The notes under the pieces: generated by a model | What the model saw: only the letters and a program-made list of their open reading frames with translations | The model's database searches: none | Told to the model about the DNA's origin: nothing | Shown here: piece after piece, positions 31,555-42,387 of the stretch | Layout of the letters: the number at the start of each line of letters is the position of its first letter | How positions within the stretch are numbered: the first letter of the stretch is position 1 | Position numbers and translations under genes: made by a program | Origin: Alphaproteobacteria bacterium | GTDB lineage: Bacteria > Pseudomonadota > Alphaproteobacteria > Bin95 | DNA: 64,000 bases | Direction of reading: 5' to 3' | Assembly: GCA_964291285.2 (NCBI GenBank) | Contig: OZ219786.1 | Location: 320,001 to 384,000, forward strand

Positions 31555-32244
31555 TCAGGACGGCAGCAGGCCCGCCAGTTCGTCGAGCCCCCGGATTTCC
31601 GCCACCGGCTGGAAGGGCAGCGTCTCGACCGGCGCGCCGGCGCGGTTGATCCACACGGCCCGGAAGCCGAAGGCCGCCGCCCCGGCTGCATCCCAGCCAT
31701 TCGCCGAAACGAAGCACACCTGGGCCGGCTGCGCGTCCAGCTCGTCCACCGCAAGCTGGTAAACGGACGGGTGCGGCTTGAAGACGCCGCAGGCATCCAC
31801 GGAAAGCACCCGGTCCAGAAGAGGCGTCAGCGTGTTGGCGTTGACCGCCGCCGTCAGCATGGTGGGCGTGCCGTTGGAGAGGACCGCCGTGCGCGTCCGC
31901 CGGCCCTTCAGCGCCTCCAGGCAGGGCCGGGCGTCCGGGAAGGCGTCGAGCGCGAGATAGAGCTGCATCAGTTCGGCCCGGAGCGCCGGGTCGTCCACCT
32001 CGCACGCCGCCATCGCATAGTCCAGCGCCTCGCCCGTCACCTGCCAGAAATCGGCGTATTTGCCCATCAGCGAGCGCAGCCAGGTGTAGTCGATCTGCTT
32101 CTGCCGCCAGAGGGCGGAGAGCCGGTCGGCCGACGGCCCGATACGATCCCGCCTCGCGGCCAGCGGGGCGTTGAAATCGAACAGGGTGCCGTAGGCGTCG
32201 AAGACGCAGGCCCGGATGTCGTGGAGGTTATTCTCGCCCAGCAT
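31555..32244 (-). CDS. Haloacid dehalogenase type II
   Basis: FDAYGTL, WRQKQ, LSNG, FKP, VSANGWD. Confidence 0.9.
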   Translation of the reverse strand: MLGENNLHDIRACVFDAYGTLFDFNAPLAARRDRIGPSADRLSALWRQKQIDYTWLRSLMGKYADFWQVTGEALDYAMAACEVDDPALRAELMQLYLALDAFPDARPCLEALKGRRTRTAVLSNGTPTMLTAAVNANTLTPLLDRVLSVDACGVFKPHPSVYQLAVDELDAQPAQVCFVSANGWDAAGAAAFGFRAVWINRAGAPVETLPFQPVAEIRGLDELAGLLPS

Positions 32245-32347
32245 CGGTGTCCGGCTTCCGGTTGCGGTCGGTTGCGGCGCCAGACTAGCTTGCCGGGCGC
32301 CGGGGGTGAAACTATGTTTCGCCGAGGCAAGCAGAGGAGGTCCGGCC

Positions 32348-33223
32348 ATGTTCAAGGGATCGCTGGTGGCGTTGATTACCCCGTTTCGCAACGGAGGGGT
32401 GGACGAGAAAGCGTTTCAGGACTTCGTCGAATGGCAGATCGCCGAAGGCACGCACGGGCTGGTGCCCTGCGGCACGACGGGCGAGTCGCCGACGTTGAGC
32501 CATGACGAGCACAAGCGCGTGACCGAACTCTGCATCGAAGCGGCGGCGGGCCGCGTGCCGGTGGTCGCGGGCGCAGGCTCCAATTCGACGGCCGAGGCCA
32601 TCGACCTCGCCGAGCATGCCAAGGCAGCTGGCGCCGACGGCATCCTCGTGGTGACGCCCTACTACAACAAGCCGAACCAGGACGGCCTCTACGAGCATTT
32701 CAAGGCGATCAACGACGCCGTCGAGATCCCGATGATCATCTACAACATCCCGCCGCGCTCGGTGGTGGACATGACCGTGGAGACCATGGCGGAGCTCGCC
32801 AGGCTGCCGAACGTGGTGGGCGTCAAGGACGCAACCACCGACCTCCAGCGCCCGCTGGAGACGAGGATCGCGGCGGGTCCCGACTTCTGCCAGCTTTCCG
32901 GCGAGGACGGCACCGCCCTTCCCTTCCTGATCCAGGGCGGCGTCGGCTGCATTTCGGTCAGCGCCAACGTCGCGCCGAAGCTCTGCTCGATGATGCACGA
33001 CGCCTGGCAGCAGGGCGCGCTGGAAACGGCGATGCAGATCAACGAGCGCCTGCTGCCGCTGCACAAGGCGATGTTCTTCCAGCCGAGCCCGGCGGGCGCC
33101 AAATACGGCGCGCACCTGCTGGGGCACTGCGAGCCGGACACGCGCCTGCCGCTCACGCCCGCCGCGCCGGCGACGCAGGCCCAGGTGCGCAGCGCCATGA
33201 CGGGCCTGGAACTGATCGGCTAG
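32348..33223 (+). CDS. dapA: 4-hydroxy-tetrahydrodipicolinate synthase
   Basis: ALITPF, GTTGESPTL, PYYNKP, YNIP, GVKDAT, LSGED. Confidence 0.96.
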   Translation: MFKGSLVALITPFRNGGVDEKAFQDFVEWQIAEGTHGLVPCGTTGESPTLSHDEHKRVTELCIEAAAGRVPVVAGAGSNSTAEAIDLAEHAKAAGADGILVVTPYYNKPNQDGLYEHFKAINDAVEIPMIIYNIPPRSVVDMTVETMAELARLPNVVGVKDATTDLQRPLETRIAAGPDFCQLSGEDGTALPFLIQGGVGCISVSANVAPKLCSMMHDAWQQGALETAMQINERLLPLHKAMFFQPSPAGAKYGAHLLGHCEPDTRLPLTPAAPATQAQVRSAMTGLELIG

Positions 33224-33232
33224 CCTCACCCG

Positions 33233-33688
33233 ATGCCCGTCCGGCTGGTCGCCCAGAACCGCCGGGCGCGGCACGACTATTTCATCGAGGACGTGCTCGA
33301 GGCCGGAATGCAGCTTTCCGGCAGCGAGGTGAAGTCGTTGCGCGAAGGGCGCGGCTCCATCGTCGAGGCCTATGCGGTCGAGCGGTCGGGCGAGGTCTTC
33401 CTCGTCAACGCCCATATCCCGGAATACAAGCCGGCCCGCCATTTCGGGCACTCGGCAAAGCGGCCGCGCAAACTTCTGCTCCACAGGCGCGAGATCGACC
33501 GGCTGGCCGGGGCCGTGCGGCGCGAGGGCGCGACCATCGTGCCCCTCAAGCTCTATTTCAACGAGCGCGGGCGCGCAAAGCTGGAACTCGGCCTCGCCCG
33601 GGGCAAGCGCAAGGTGGACAAGCGCCACGCGATCAAGGAACGCGACTGGAAGCGCGACAAGCAGCGCCTGATGAAGGCGCGGGGATGA
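33233..33688 (+). CDS. smpB: SsrA-binding protein
   Basis: [31 protein letters not shown]. Confidence 0.97.
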   Translation: MPVRLVAQNRRARHDYFIEDVLEAGMQLSGSEVKSLREGRGSIVEAYAVERSGEVFLVNAHIPEYKPARHFGHSAKRPRKLLLHRREIDRLAGAVRREGATIVPLKLYFNERGRAKLELGLARGKRKVDKRHAIKERDWKRDKQRLMKARG

Positions 33689-33695
33689 ATCCGGG

Positions 33696-34736
33696 CTAAC
33701 GGTTCAGCCGGGCGGCCTCCCCGATGACGCGGACGGCTTCCTCGCTGCGCGTGCGCACAGTGATGGCGGTGGCGCCGCTGTCGGCCCAGGCGCGGAAGCG
33801 CTGCCTGATGCGGGCCGCCGGGCCGATGAGCGCCTTCATGTCCACCCATTCGTCCGGCACGGCCTCGGCCGCCTCGTCCTTGCGGCCGGCGAGGTAGAGC
33901 TCCTGGATGCGCTCGGCGGCGTCCTCGAAGCCGCGGCGGCACATCATGGCGTTGTGGAAATTCTTGTCGCGGTGCCCCATGCCGCCGACATAGAGCGCCT
34001 CGCGCGGCTTGAGCGACGCCAGGCCCGCCTTCACATCGTCGCCCAGGATGACATGCGGCGAGGCGACGATCTCGAAATTGTGGAAGCCCTTGCCGTTGCC
34101 GGCCCGCGCGAAGCCCTGCTCCAGCCAGGGCCGGTATTCGTCCAGTGTGCCGGGCATGAAGCCGAGCGGCAGCCAGCCGTCGGCGATCTCTCCGGTAAGC
34201 CGCACCGTCGATTCCGCTCCCGTGCCGAGATAGATCGGGATGTCCGGGTTGGGATGCAGGATCATCCGCAGCGGTTTGCCCATGCCGGCGGAGCCTTCGC
34301 CCTCATAGGGCAGCGAGATTTCCCGGCCGTCATGGGTCACCGGCTCCTCGCGCGCGAAGATCTTCCGCATGATCGCGACGTAATCCTTGATCCGCCAATA
34401 GGGGCGGCCCCAGGGCTGGCCGTACCAGCCTTCCACGATCTGCGGCCCCGAAACGCCGATGCCGACGATCATCCGCCCGCCGCCGGCGAGCGCATCGATC
34501 GTCTGCGCCTGCATGGCGGCGTTGGCGGGCGTGCGCGCGGCAAGCTGGATGATGCCCGTGCCGAGCTTGATCCGCTCAGTGACGGCCGCCAGATAGGCGA
34601 GCGGCGTCATGGCGTCGGTGCCGTAGGCCTCGGCCGTCCACACCGTGTCGTAGCCGAGCCTGTCGGCGAGCTTCACCAGTTCGGTCGGGAAATCGAGCGT
34701 CGCGCCCGAATAGCCGATTGAAAGACCCAGCTTCAT
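33696..34736 (-). CDS. LLM-class (F420-dependent-type) oxidoreductase
   Basis: WTAEAYGTDA, LGTGI.Q..ARTP, G.SGPQ.VEGWYG, GEIADGW. Confidence 0.87.
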   Translation of the reverse strand: MKLGLSIGYSGATLDFPTELVKLADRLGYDTVWTAEAYGTDAMTPLAYLAAVTERIKLGTGIIQLAARTPANAAMQAQTIDALAGGGRMIVGIGVSGPQIVEGWYGQPWGRPYWRIKDYVAIMRKIFAREEPVTHDGREISLPYEGEGSAGMGKPLRMILHPNPDIPIYLGTGAESTVRLTGEIADGWLPLGFMPGTLDEYRPWLEQGFARAGNGKGFHNFEIVASPHVILGDDVKAGLASLKPREALYVGGMGHRDKNFHNAMMCRRGFEDAAERIQELYLAGRKDEAAEAVPDEWVDMKALIGPAARIRQRFRAWADSGATAITVRTRSEEAVRVIGEAARLNR

Positions 34737-34799
34737 GGGAAGCGCCTCCAGGCTTCGGAAATACGGTTTCCTGTATCGCAGGCGGCAGGAAGGACGCCG

Positions 34800-35645
34800 C
34801 TATTCCGCGGCCGCCCTGTAACCCGCCGGCAGGTCGAAGGGACGGTCGCCGGAGAGGGAGGGCACGCGGGCGCGGGCTTCCGCCACGCGGGCCGTGTCAA
34901 TTTCCGCGGTGACGATGCCGGGCTCCTCGCCGCCGTCCGCCAGCACCTCGCCCCAAGGCGCGACGATCAGCGAATGGCCGTAGGTGCGCCGGCCCTCGGC
35001 GTGTTCGCCGACCTGTGCCGGCGCCACGATGAAACAGCCTGTCTCGATGGCGCGGGCGCGCAGCAGCACATGCCAGTGCGCGCGGCCCGTGGGCACCGTG
35101 AAGGCCGACGGCACGGTAATCACTTCGGCTCCCGCCTGCGCCAGCGTCCGGTAAAGCACCGGGAAGCGCATGTCGTAGCAGATGGTGAGACCCAGCACAG
35201 CCAGCGGCGTGTGGACGGTGACCGCATTCTCTCCCGGCCTGTATGTCCGGCTTTCCCGGTAGCGGTCGCCCTCGCCGATATCCACGTCGAACATGTGGAT
35301 CTTGTCGTAGGTGGCAGCCACCCCGCCGGCCGGGTCGATCAGGTACGACCGGTTGGCGAGCCGCTCCTCTTCGGTGCGCGTCACCATCGAACCCGCAAGC
35401 AGCCAGGCTCCGGTCTCCCGCGCCCACTCCCGGAAAGCGGCAAGGCCCCGGTGGTCGTCCTGCGGTTCCGCCTTTTCCAGCACCAGACGCCGGCGCGGCT
35501 CCAGATAGGAGCAGACCTCCGGCGCGGCAATCAGGTCCGCGCCCATGCCGCGCGCCCGGCGGACCATGTCGCCGAGCGCGGCGAGCGTCGGCTCCGTGTC
35601 CCGTTCCGCCGTATTCTGGAGGCAGGCGACCGTGAAGACGGTCAC
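34800..35645 (-). CDS. Carbon-nitrogen hydrolase (Nit1-like)
   Basis: APE, YDKIHMFDV, ICYDMRFP, ARAIE, YGHS; GTG start overlaps the grxC stop. Confidence 0.92.
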   Translation of the reverse strand: MTVFTVACLQNTAERDTEPTLAALGDMVRRARGMGADLIAAPEVCSYLEPRRRLVLEKAEPQDDHRGLAAFREWARETGAWLLAGSMVTRTEEERLANRSYLIDPAGGVAATYDKIHMFDVDIGEGDRYRESRTYRPGENAVTVHTPLAVLGLTICYDMRFPVLYRTLAQAGAEVITVPSAFTVPTGRAHWHVLLRARAIETGCFIVAPAQVGEHAEGRRTYGHSLIVAPWGEVLADGGEEPGIVTAEIDTARVAEARARVPSLSGDRPFDLPAGYRAAAE

Positions 35646-35908
35646 GACGGCGAGCCCTGAAGCAACGGATCGAGCCGTCCTGCCCGTTCCAGCGCCGCGA
35701 GCTCGTCCGACCCGCCCACATGGGCGCCGTCGATGAATATCTGCGGCACGGTATGGCGGCCGCCGGCCCGGCGCATCATCTCGCCGCGCAGCGCCGGATC
35801 GCCGTCCACATTGTATTCCGTGAAACCGGCGTCCTTGCTCTTCAGCAGCCGCTTCGCCCGGTAGCAGAAGGGGCACCACATGCTGGAATAAATCTCTACG
35901 CTGGCCAT
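35642..35908 (-). CDS. grxC: Glutaredoxin 3
   Basis: CPFC, TVPQIFI, GGSD. Confidence 0.94.
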   Translation of the reverse strand: MASVEIYSSMWCPFCYRAKRLLKSKDAGFTEYNVDGDPALRGEMMRRAGGRHTVPQIFIDGAHVGGSDELAALERAGRLDPLLQGSPS

Positions 35909-36015
35909 AGCAGCCACCATATAGCGGCGCCGCCCGGCCCGTCGAGACCCTCGCGCCCTTGACCCTGCGCCCTCCGGTGCGGATAAACCGCCCGCCGAAC
36001 GGAGAGCGGTGGATC

Positions 36016-37032
36016 ATGAAACGAATTTTTTCCGGCATCCAGCCGACCGGAAACCTGCATCTCGGAAATTATCTGGGCGCCATCCGCAACTGGGTGGGCA
36101 TGCAACAGGATTTCGACTTCAACTGCATCTTCTGCATCGTCGATCTGCACGCGATCACGGTGCCGCAGGATCCGGCCGAACTGACGGCCAACACCCGCGA
36201 AGTAACGGCGGCCTTTATCGCATCGGGAATCGATCCGCAGCGCTGCATAATCTTCAACCAGAGCATGGTGTCGGGACATGCCGAGCTCGCCTGGGTGCTC
36301 AACTGCCACGCACCGATGGGCTGGCTCAACCGGATGACCCAGTTCAAGGAGAAGGCGGGCAAACGGCGCGATGCCGCCGCGGTCGGGCTTTTTGCCTATC
36401 CCGTGCTGATGGCCGCCGACATCCTTCTTTACCGCGCGAGCGACGTGCCGGTCGGCGAAGACCAGAAGCAGCATCTGGAACTTTCGCGCGATATTGCGGG
36501 CGCCTTCAACCGCTACTACGACTGCGAGGCCTTCGTGCTGCCGGAACCGCGCATATTCGGCGCAGCGACCAGGGTGATGAGCCTTCGGGACGGCAATGCC
36601 AAGATGAGCAAGTCCGACCCCTCGCCCAATTCGCGCATCAACCTTTCGGACGACGCCGAGGCCATCGCGCAGAAAATCCGCCGGGCGAAGACGGACCCGG
36701 AACCGCTGCCGAGCGAGCCTGCCGGGCTCGAAGGCCGGCCGGAAGCTGCGAACCTCGTCGGCATCCATGCCGCGCTTGCAGATTGCGACGAGGCGGCGGT
36801 CTGCCGCGAATTCGGCGGACGCGGCTTCTCCGACTTCAAGGCTGCGCTCTCCGAACTGGCCGTGGAGGTGTTGTCCCCGGTGACGGCGGATATGCGCCGG
36901 CTGATGGCCGACCCCGGCTACATCGACGGCGTGCTGGCGGACGGCGCGGCGCGGGCGGACGCCATCGCCTCTGCGACGATGAACGAAATCCGTGACATTG
37001 TCGGCTTCCTTACGCCCCGGCGCGGCGCATGA
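36016..37032 (+). CDS. trpS: Tryptophan--tRNA ligase
   Basis: [26 protein letters not shown]. Confidence 0.97.
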   Translation: MKRIFSGIQPTGNLHLGNYLGAIRNWVGMQQDFDFNCIFCIVDLHAITVPQDPAELTANTREVTAAFIASGIDPQRCIIFNQSMVSGHAELAWVLNCHAPMGWLNRMTQFKEKAGKRRDAAAVGLFAYPVLMAADILLYRASDVPVGEDQKQHLELSRDIAGAFNRYYDCEAFVLPEPRIFGAATRVMSLRDGNAKMSKSDPSPNSRINLSDDAEAIAQKIRRAKTDPEPLPSEPAGLEGRPEAANLVGIHAALADCDEAAVCREFGGRGFSDFKAALSELAVEVLSPVTADMRRLMADPGYIDGVLADGAARADAIASATMNEIRDIVGFLTPRRGA

Positions 37033-37664
37033 AGAAGGCGGAGATCGAGACTTTCTTCGACCGCCTGGCGGCCGCCCTGCCGGAGCCGCAGGGGGAGTTG
37101 CACTACGTCAACCCCTTCACGCTGCTGGTCGCGGTCGTGCTGTCCGCCCAGGCGACCGATACAGGCGTCAACAAGGCGACAGGGCCCCTGTTCGCCGAGG
37201 CCGACACGCCGGAGGCGATGCTCGCGCTCGGCGAGGACGGCGTCCGGCATCACATCCGCACCATCGGCCTCTTCAACGCCAAGGCGCGCAATGTCATCGG
37301 GCTCTCTCAAATCCTGGTCGAGGAACACGGCGGCGCCGTGCCGGACAGCAGGGAGGCGCTCGAACGCCTGCCCGGCGTCGGCCGCAAGACGGCCAATGTC
37401 GTCCTCAACACGGCGTTCGGCCAGCCCACCATCGCGGTGGACACGCATATCTTCCGCGTAGGCAACCGCACCGGCCTCGCACCCGGCAAGACGCCGCTGG
37501 AAGTGGAGAAGAAGCTCCTGCGGCGCGTGCCGGCGCACCGCAAGCTGCATGCCCACCACTGGCTCATCCTGCACGGGCGCTATGTCTGCAAGGCGCGGAA
37601 GCCCGACTGCCCGGCCTGCACGGTCGCCGATCTCTGCGGCTTCAAGGGCAAGACGACGGTCTGA
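37029..37664 (+). CDS. nth: Endonuclease III
   Basis: [21 protein letters not shown]-x6-C-x2-C-x5-C. Confidence 0.96.
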   Translation: MKKAEIETFFDRLAAALPEPQGELHYVNPFTLLVAVVLSAQATDTGVNKATGPLFAEADTPEAMLALGEDGVRHHIRTIGLFNAKARNVIGLSQILVEEHGGAVPDSREALERLPGVGRKTANVVLNTAFGQPTIAVDTHIFRVGNRTGLAPGKTPLEVEKKLLRRVPAHRKLHAHHWLILHGRYVCKARKPDCPACTVADLCGFKGKTTV

Positions 37665-37677
37665 ACGGCGACGCCGG

Positions 37678-38619
37678 CTATTGCAGCTCTACCGCGTAGG
37701 TCTCCACCGGCGGCAGGGAGTCCACAAGGCCGCGCTCCACGACAAAATCCGCGAACCGCTCGTAGCGCCGCCTGTCGAGCGCCGCCGGACGCAACGCAAA
37801 GCGCGGCAGCGTATCCCGCCAGGCGCGCCGGTTGAGCTCGTCGTCGAGGTCCTTGCGGTCGCCGGCGATGAACAGCGCCCAGGCCTCATCGGGATGGTTG
37901 ATCGTGTATTGGACGCCGCGCTCTACCGCGTCCACGAAGGCGCGATAGGCAGGCCGGTCCAGCGTGTCCTTGTGCGCGACGACGATCAGCTCATCATAGG
38001 GCGGCACGCCTTCTTCCTCCAGATAGAAGGCGCGGCCCGGATGGCCCACGATGTCCATCTGGTTCAGTTCGAAATTGCGGAAGGCGCCGATCACGGCATC
38101 GACCTGGCCGGCGATGAGCGACGGCGAAAGCGACCAGTTGACGTTCACCTTCTCGATGTCGTCCATCGTGAGGCCGTGGGGTTGAAGCACGCCTTCGAGC
38201 AGGGCGTCCTCCAGTCCCGCCACGGAAAAGCCGACCCGCTTGCCCTTGAGGTCGGCGATCGTCCGTATCGGGCTGTCCTCCAACACGACAATCGTGTTGA
38301 GCGGCGTCGCGACGAGGGTGGCGATCCGCGCAAGCGGCAGGCCGGCGGCCGCCTGCATGTGCAATTGCGGCTGATAGGAGACCGCGAGGTCCGCCTTGCC
38401 CGCCGCCACGATCTTCGGCGGATCGTTCGGGTCCGCGGGAGGCACGAATTCCACCGCCAGGCCGGCATCCGCGAAATAGCCCCGCTCCTGCGCCACATAG
38501 AGTGGCCCGTGATCCGGATTGACGAACCAGTCGAGCAGCACGGTAAGCTTCTCCTCCGCCACCGCCGGAAAAGCGGCGAGCAGGCACGCGGCGACAAGCG
38601 CCGGGAGGCGGATTTTCAT
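37678..38619 (-). CDS. ABC substrate-binding protein, ThiY/NMT1 family (pyrimidine precursor)
   Basis: Signal peptide, LDWFVNPDH, SYQP, GAFRNFE; under a TPP riboswitch. Confidence 0.87.
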   Translation of the reverse strand: MKIRLPALVAACLLAAFPAVAEEKLTVLLDWFVNPDHGPLYVAQERGYFADAGLAVEFVPPADPNDPPKIVAAGKADLAVSYQPQLHMQAAAGLPLARIATLVATPLNTIVVLEDSPIRTIADLKGKRVGFSVAGLEDALLEGVLQPHGLTMDDIEKVNVNWSLSPSLIAGQVDAVIGAFRNFELNQMDIVGHPGRAFYLEEEGVPPYDELIVVAHKDTLDRPAYRAFVDAVERGVQYTINHPDEAWALFIAGDRKDLDDELNRRAWRDTLPRFALRPAALDRRRYERFADFVVERGLVDSLPPVETYAVELQ

Positions 38620-39395
38620 GGTTGAACAGGTTCCTTTCCCTGATCTTGCCAAAGGGTATCGACCTGCCAAGGCACCGCGAGGCGGAGCAGGCGGTCGACA
38701 GTGAAGTAGAGGATGAGCGCCATCGCCGCGAGCACGAGCAGCGCGGCGAACATGAGGTCCACCTGCATGCGCGCATTGGCGTGCAGCATGAGGTAGCCGA
38801 GACCGGCCGACGCGCCGACCCACTCGCCCACCACGGCGCCGATGGGCGCGACCGCCGTGGCGACGCGCAGGCCGGAAGCGCAGGCCGGCAATGCTGCAGG
38901 AATCCGCAGATGGACAAGCTGGCGCCAGCGAGAGGCGCCCATGCTGCGCGCCAGATCGAGCCAGCCGGGATCCGTGCGGGAAAGGCCGTCATAGAAGGCG
39001 GCCGTCACCGGGAAGAAAATGATGAGCACCGCCATCGCCACCTTGGAGGCCATGCCGTAGCCAAGCCAGAGCACCAGGACCGGCGCGATGGCGAACACCG
39101 GGACGGCCTGGCTTGCGACCAGGACGGGCAGCAGCCATAGCCGCGCCGGACGGACATGGGCGATGACCAGTGCCGAAAATGCGCCGAGTGCCGCGCCGAG
39201 GACGAGGCCGAGCAGGATTTCCACCAGCGTCGTGCCGGCATGGGACAGGAGAAGCCCCGAATGACCGGCCAGCGCCACCGCGACGGCCGGTGGTCCCGGA
39301 AGGATGAAGGGCTGTGCCCCGGTGACGGAAACAATCGCCTGCCAGACGACCAGCAGCCCCGCCGTCACGATTGCCATGCGCAGGGCCGCCTTCAT
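38616..39395 (-). CDS. ABC permease (ThiX-like)
   Basis: ILP.P, SQAVPVFAIAP, GAVVGEWVG..GLG. Confidence 0.87.
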   Translation of the reverse strand: MKAALRMAIVTAGLLVVWQAIVSVTGAQPFILPGPPAVAVALAGHSGLLLSHAGTTLVEILLGLVLGAALGAFSALVIAHVRPARLWLLPVLVASQAVPVFAIAPVLVLWLGYGMASKVAMAVLIIFFPVTAAFYDGLSRTDPGWLDLARSMGASRWRQLVHLRIPAALPACASGLRVATAVAPIGAVVGEWVGASAGLGYLMLHANARMQVDLMFAALLVLAAMALILYFTVDRLLRLAVPWQVDTLWQDQGKEPVQP

Positions 39396-40108
39396 GCCGC
39401 GAGCCTCGCAAGCAGGTCGCCTTGCGCCGCCAGAACCGCCGGGTCGCGCACATCGCGCGGCGGCGCAAGGTCCGGTGCCGGCACCGCCTCCAGTGCCGCC
39501 GGCCGGCCGGTCAGGACATAGACGCGGTCTCCGAGACGCAGCGCCTCCAGCGGGTCGTGCGTGACGAGCAGCACGGTCCGCCCCGCCAGCATGCGCGCCG
39601 CGAGGTCCTGCGCCGCGTGGCGGGTAATCGCGTCGAGGCTGCCGAACGGCTCGTCCATCAACACGACCGCCCGGTCCTCCATCAGCGTGCGGACCAGCGC
39701 GACCCGCTGGCGTTCGCCGCCCGAGAGCGTCTCCGGGCGGGCCTCCATGGAGGCCGCAAGGCCGACCTCGGAAAGCAGGCGGTGCGCCCGTTGGAAGTTC
39801 GGCCTCTCGCCGCGCAGCCTGGCGCCCAGCACCGCGTTGTCCAACGCGCTGGCCCAGGGGAGCAGTAGGTCGCTCTGGCCCATATAAGCCACGGGTCCGG
39901 TGCGCACCCGGCCGGCGGCAGCGCCGTCAAGACCGGCGATCAGCCGCAGCAGGCTCGTCTTGCCGACGCCGCTCGGACCCAGCAGGCAGGTCCAGAGACC
40001 GGCCTCCAGGCGAATGTCGAGCCCGTCGAACAGCGGCGCTCCCCCGTAGGAAAGCGCGGCGCCGCGAATATCGACGGCAAATTCTATGTCCGGCGCAGCC
40101 TCGCCCAC
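39392..40108 (-). CDS. ABC ATP-binding protein (ThiZ-like)
   Basis: GPSGVGKT, LSGGERQR, LMDEPF, VTHD. Confidence 0.9.
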   Translation of the reverse strand: MGEAAPDIEFAVDIRGAALSYGGAPLFDGLDIRLEAGLWTCLLGPSGVGKTSLLRLIAGLDGAAAGRVRTGPVAYMGQSDLLLPWASALDNAVLGARLRGERPNFQRAHRLLSEVGLAASMEARPETLSGGERQRVALVRTLMEDRAVVLMDEPFGSLDAITRHAAQDLAARMLAGRTVLLVTHDPLEALRLGDRVYVLTGRPAALEAVPAPDLAPPRDVRDPAVLAAQGDLLARLAA

Positions 40109-40109
40109 A

Positions 40110-40206
40110 CGCTCCCTCCGCCGGTACTAACCGGATCAGGTTCCTGGGGTCGTCCCGATTGCGGGACCTCTCAGCCGCGGGATTGCGGCTCCCCCGAGTG
40201 GAACGG
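40110..40206 (-). ncRNA. TPP riboswitch
   Basis: Minus strand reads GGGGGAGCC...GGCTGAGAGG...ACCTGATCCGGTTAGTACCGGCGGAGGGAGC right before the transporter start. Confidence 0.93.
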
Positions 40207-40270
40207 TGAGGATGAACGCCGCCCGAGGCTTTGGCAAGGCCCTGCCCCTGCACGCCGTCGCCGCGCCTCC

Positions 40271-40693
40271 CTAAATCACTGCCTCGTTGAGCGACTGGAT
40301 GAACTGAATGCCATGAATATGCTTGCGGGCCAGACGCCTGTCATTCGTGAGAAACAGGTCCGTGCCCACCGCCGCCGCGCAAGCCAGTTGAATGGAGTCC
40401 GGCGGCCGGATCGAGCGGTCCCGGCGAATTTCCGCAAAGGCGCGGGCGGCGGCGTGGTCGAAGGGCAATATCGCAGCCGCCGTTTCCATCGCCTGTGTAT
40501 AGCGGCGCGCGAGGTCCCTGCGCCCCGCATCGAGAGGTTTGACGAGAAGCTCGCCAAGCGTGAGTGAGGAGGTGAGCAATTGGTCTCGCCGCTCGATCAT
40601 TCGCCTGCGAAGCGTTGCAACGCGCTCGGCCTCTTCGTCTGCGCCCTCGAAGAGGTAGATGAACAGGTTGGTGTCCCAGAAGATCCGGCTCAT
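40271..40693 (-). CDS. VapC/PIN-domain toxin
   Basis: WDTNLFIY, TLGEL, PDSIQLA.A, FLTND. Confidence 0.88.
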   Translation of the reverse strand: MSRIFWDTNLFIYLFEGADEEAERVATLRRRMIERRDQLLTSSLTLGELLVKPLDAGRRDLARRYTQAMETAAAILPFDHAAARAFAEIRRDRSIRPPDSIQLACAAAVGTDLFLTNDRRLARKHIHGIQFIQSLNEAVI

Positions 40694-41223
40694 TCCCAAC
40701 CCTCGCGAAGACGCCGGACATAGGCGTCGGCATCCTCGTCCGCCCATATCTCCCTGCCGCTGCCCTTCAAGGCGAGAATCGGGTCGGCAACGGGCCACGC
40801 GCTCGCCGCTTCGTTCATGGATAACTCCAGTTCGCCCGCGCCATAGGTTTCCCGCGTCAGATAGTCGTCATGGTACCAATCGAGCAGTTCCCGACAGGCT
40901 GGCGGCAGCGCCTCCCGGCCGGGAAGCGACGCGCCGGAAAGCCGGTCCGGATGGCAGTCATCACCCGGCCGGTAGAGACGGCGGCGCCCTCTTGATGTTT
41001 CCGTCAGCATGCGCAACCGGGCCGGGTTGGGCCTGCGGTTGGCGACGCAATGCAGATAGGCGTGAATCTGCACGCCGGGCCGCAGGGAGCCGGCGCCGGT
41101 CACATTCTCGTCCCTCGCCTGCGCGACGATCTCCGAGACCGAAAAGTCTTCCCTGTCCGGATACCGGCGATGAAGCGAAGCCGTCGCCAGCCAGACTTCG
41201 TCCGCAACCTTGATGACCGCCAT
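40690..41223 (-). CDS. Putative antitoxin: N-terminal wHTH-like domain + VapB-like tail
   Basis: ATGA-coupled to vapC; tail LKGSGREIW...ADAYVRRLREGW resembles PIN-antitoxin C-termini. Confidence 0.6.
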   Translation of the reverse strand: MAVIKVADEVWLATASLHRRYPDREDFSVSEIVAQARDENVTGAGSLRPGVQIHAYLHCVANRRPNPARLRMLTETSRGRRRLYRPGDDCHPDRLSGASLPGREALPPACRELLDWYHDDYLTRETYGAGELELSMNEAASAWPVADPILALKGSGREIWADEDADAYVRRLREGWE

Positions 41224-41408
41224 GACGAAGCTCCCTCACCGTTCAATCTAGTTATCATAAATTACATTTTTAACAAAATATAATGTTAATCTTGTGTTCA
41301 TGCCCACCCTGGTCCCGCCTTTCGACCCAGCGCCCCTCCCGATGCCTGCGCAAGCCCGGACTTTGCGCTTGCGCCCGGCACAATTTGGCCTATGTTGCGC
41401 AGCCTGAT

Positions 41409-41483
<75 letters not shown>

Positions 41484-41502
41484 GACCCTCCCCGAAAATG
41501 CC

Positions 41503-42387
41503 TCATCCCCGTTCGGGCAGAAGTTCCCGGAGAGCCCGTTCGAACGCTTCCGGCTGCTCGTACATGGCCCAGTGCCCGGCGCGCGGCACCATGGCGATGC
41601 GCGCGTCCGACCGGATGGCGCGAATGGCGGCCACCCGCTCGCGGAAGAAGGGCCACGCGGTCCAGTCCCATTCGCCCCACATCGCGGCCAGTGGCGCCTC
41701 GATGAGCGGCAGGCGGCCGCGAAGCGCCGGCGTCGCGCTCACCCAGCGGCTCTTGGTGACGGCGCGCATCGTGTTGGTAACCTGCATGTGAACCGCAAAG
41801 TCGTCCACGGCGCGCGGGTCGGCCAGCATCAGGATTTCGAGATTGCGCCGTGCGAGGCTTCTGAGCTGGGCCGGCGTCATGTCCCGCCGGAACCGCTCCA
41901 GCGCCGGCCCCCGCGCCCGGCGCAGTCCCATCGCACCGACGCCGACCATGGTGAAGCTGTTCAGCAGGTCCGGCAGGTAGGGCGCGGCATGGCCGCCCAC
42001 AATGCCGCCGAAGGAGAATCCCACGAGGTCGACCCGCTGGCCGCGCTCCTCGAGGACATGACGCAGGCCGTCGGCGACGATCCTCCCGATCGAGTCGATA
42101 TCCCTCCGGTCGGGCGGCGGGGCGGATTCGCCAAGACCGGGCGTGTCGCAGGCATAGACCCGGCGGCCCCGCGCGAGCGAGCGGACATTGCGAAACCAGT
42201 GCCACCAGGAACCGTAGCCGCCATGCATCAGCATGACCGGCGGCGTACCCGGTTCGCCGAAGACGCGCCAGACCATCTCGCCGTCGCCGCATGGCGAGGT
42301 CCTGACCGCCGCTTCCGCCTCGACGGCGCGGATGGCAGCGGCCACCGCGGACGGCGGGCTCACCGGCGCCTTGCCACGGCGGGTCAC
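41503..42387 (-). CDS. Alpha/beta hydrolase
   Basis: HGGYGSW, DTPGLGES, GFSFGG nucleophile elbow, WGEWD, AGHW. Confidence 0.9.
   Translation of the reverse strand: MTRRGKAPVSPPSAVAAAIRAVEAEAAVRTSPCGDGEMVWRVFGEPGTPPVMLMHGGYGSWWHWFRNVRSLARGRRVYACDTPGLGESAPPPDRRDIDSIGRIVADGLRHVLEERGQRVDLVGFSFGGIVGGHAAPYLPDLLNSFTMVGVGAMGLRRARGPALERFRRDMTPAQLRSLARRNLEILMLADPRAVDDFAVHMQVTNTMRAVTKSRWVSATPALRGRLPLIEAPLAAMWGEWDWTAWPFFRERVAAIRAIRSDARIAMVPRAGHWAMYEQPEAFERALRELLPERG

Noticed and set aside
33689-33700. tmRNA (ssrA) next to smpB
   Set aside because: No room and no tRNA-like ends; the next gene ends immediately.
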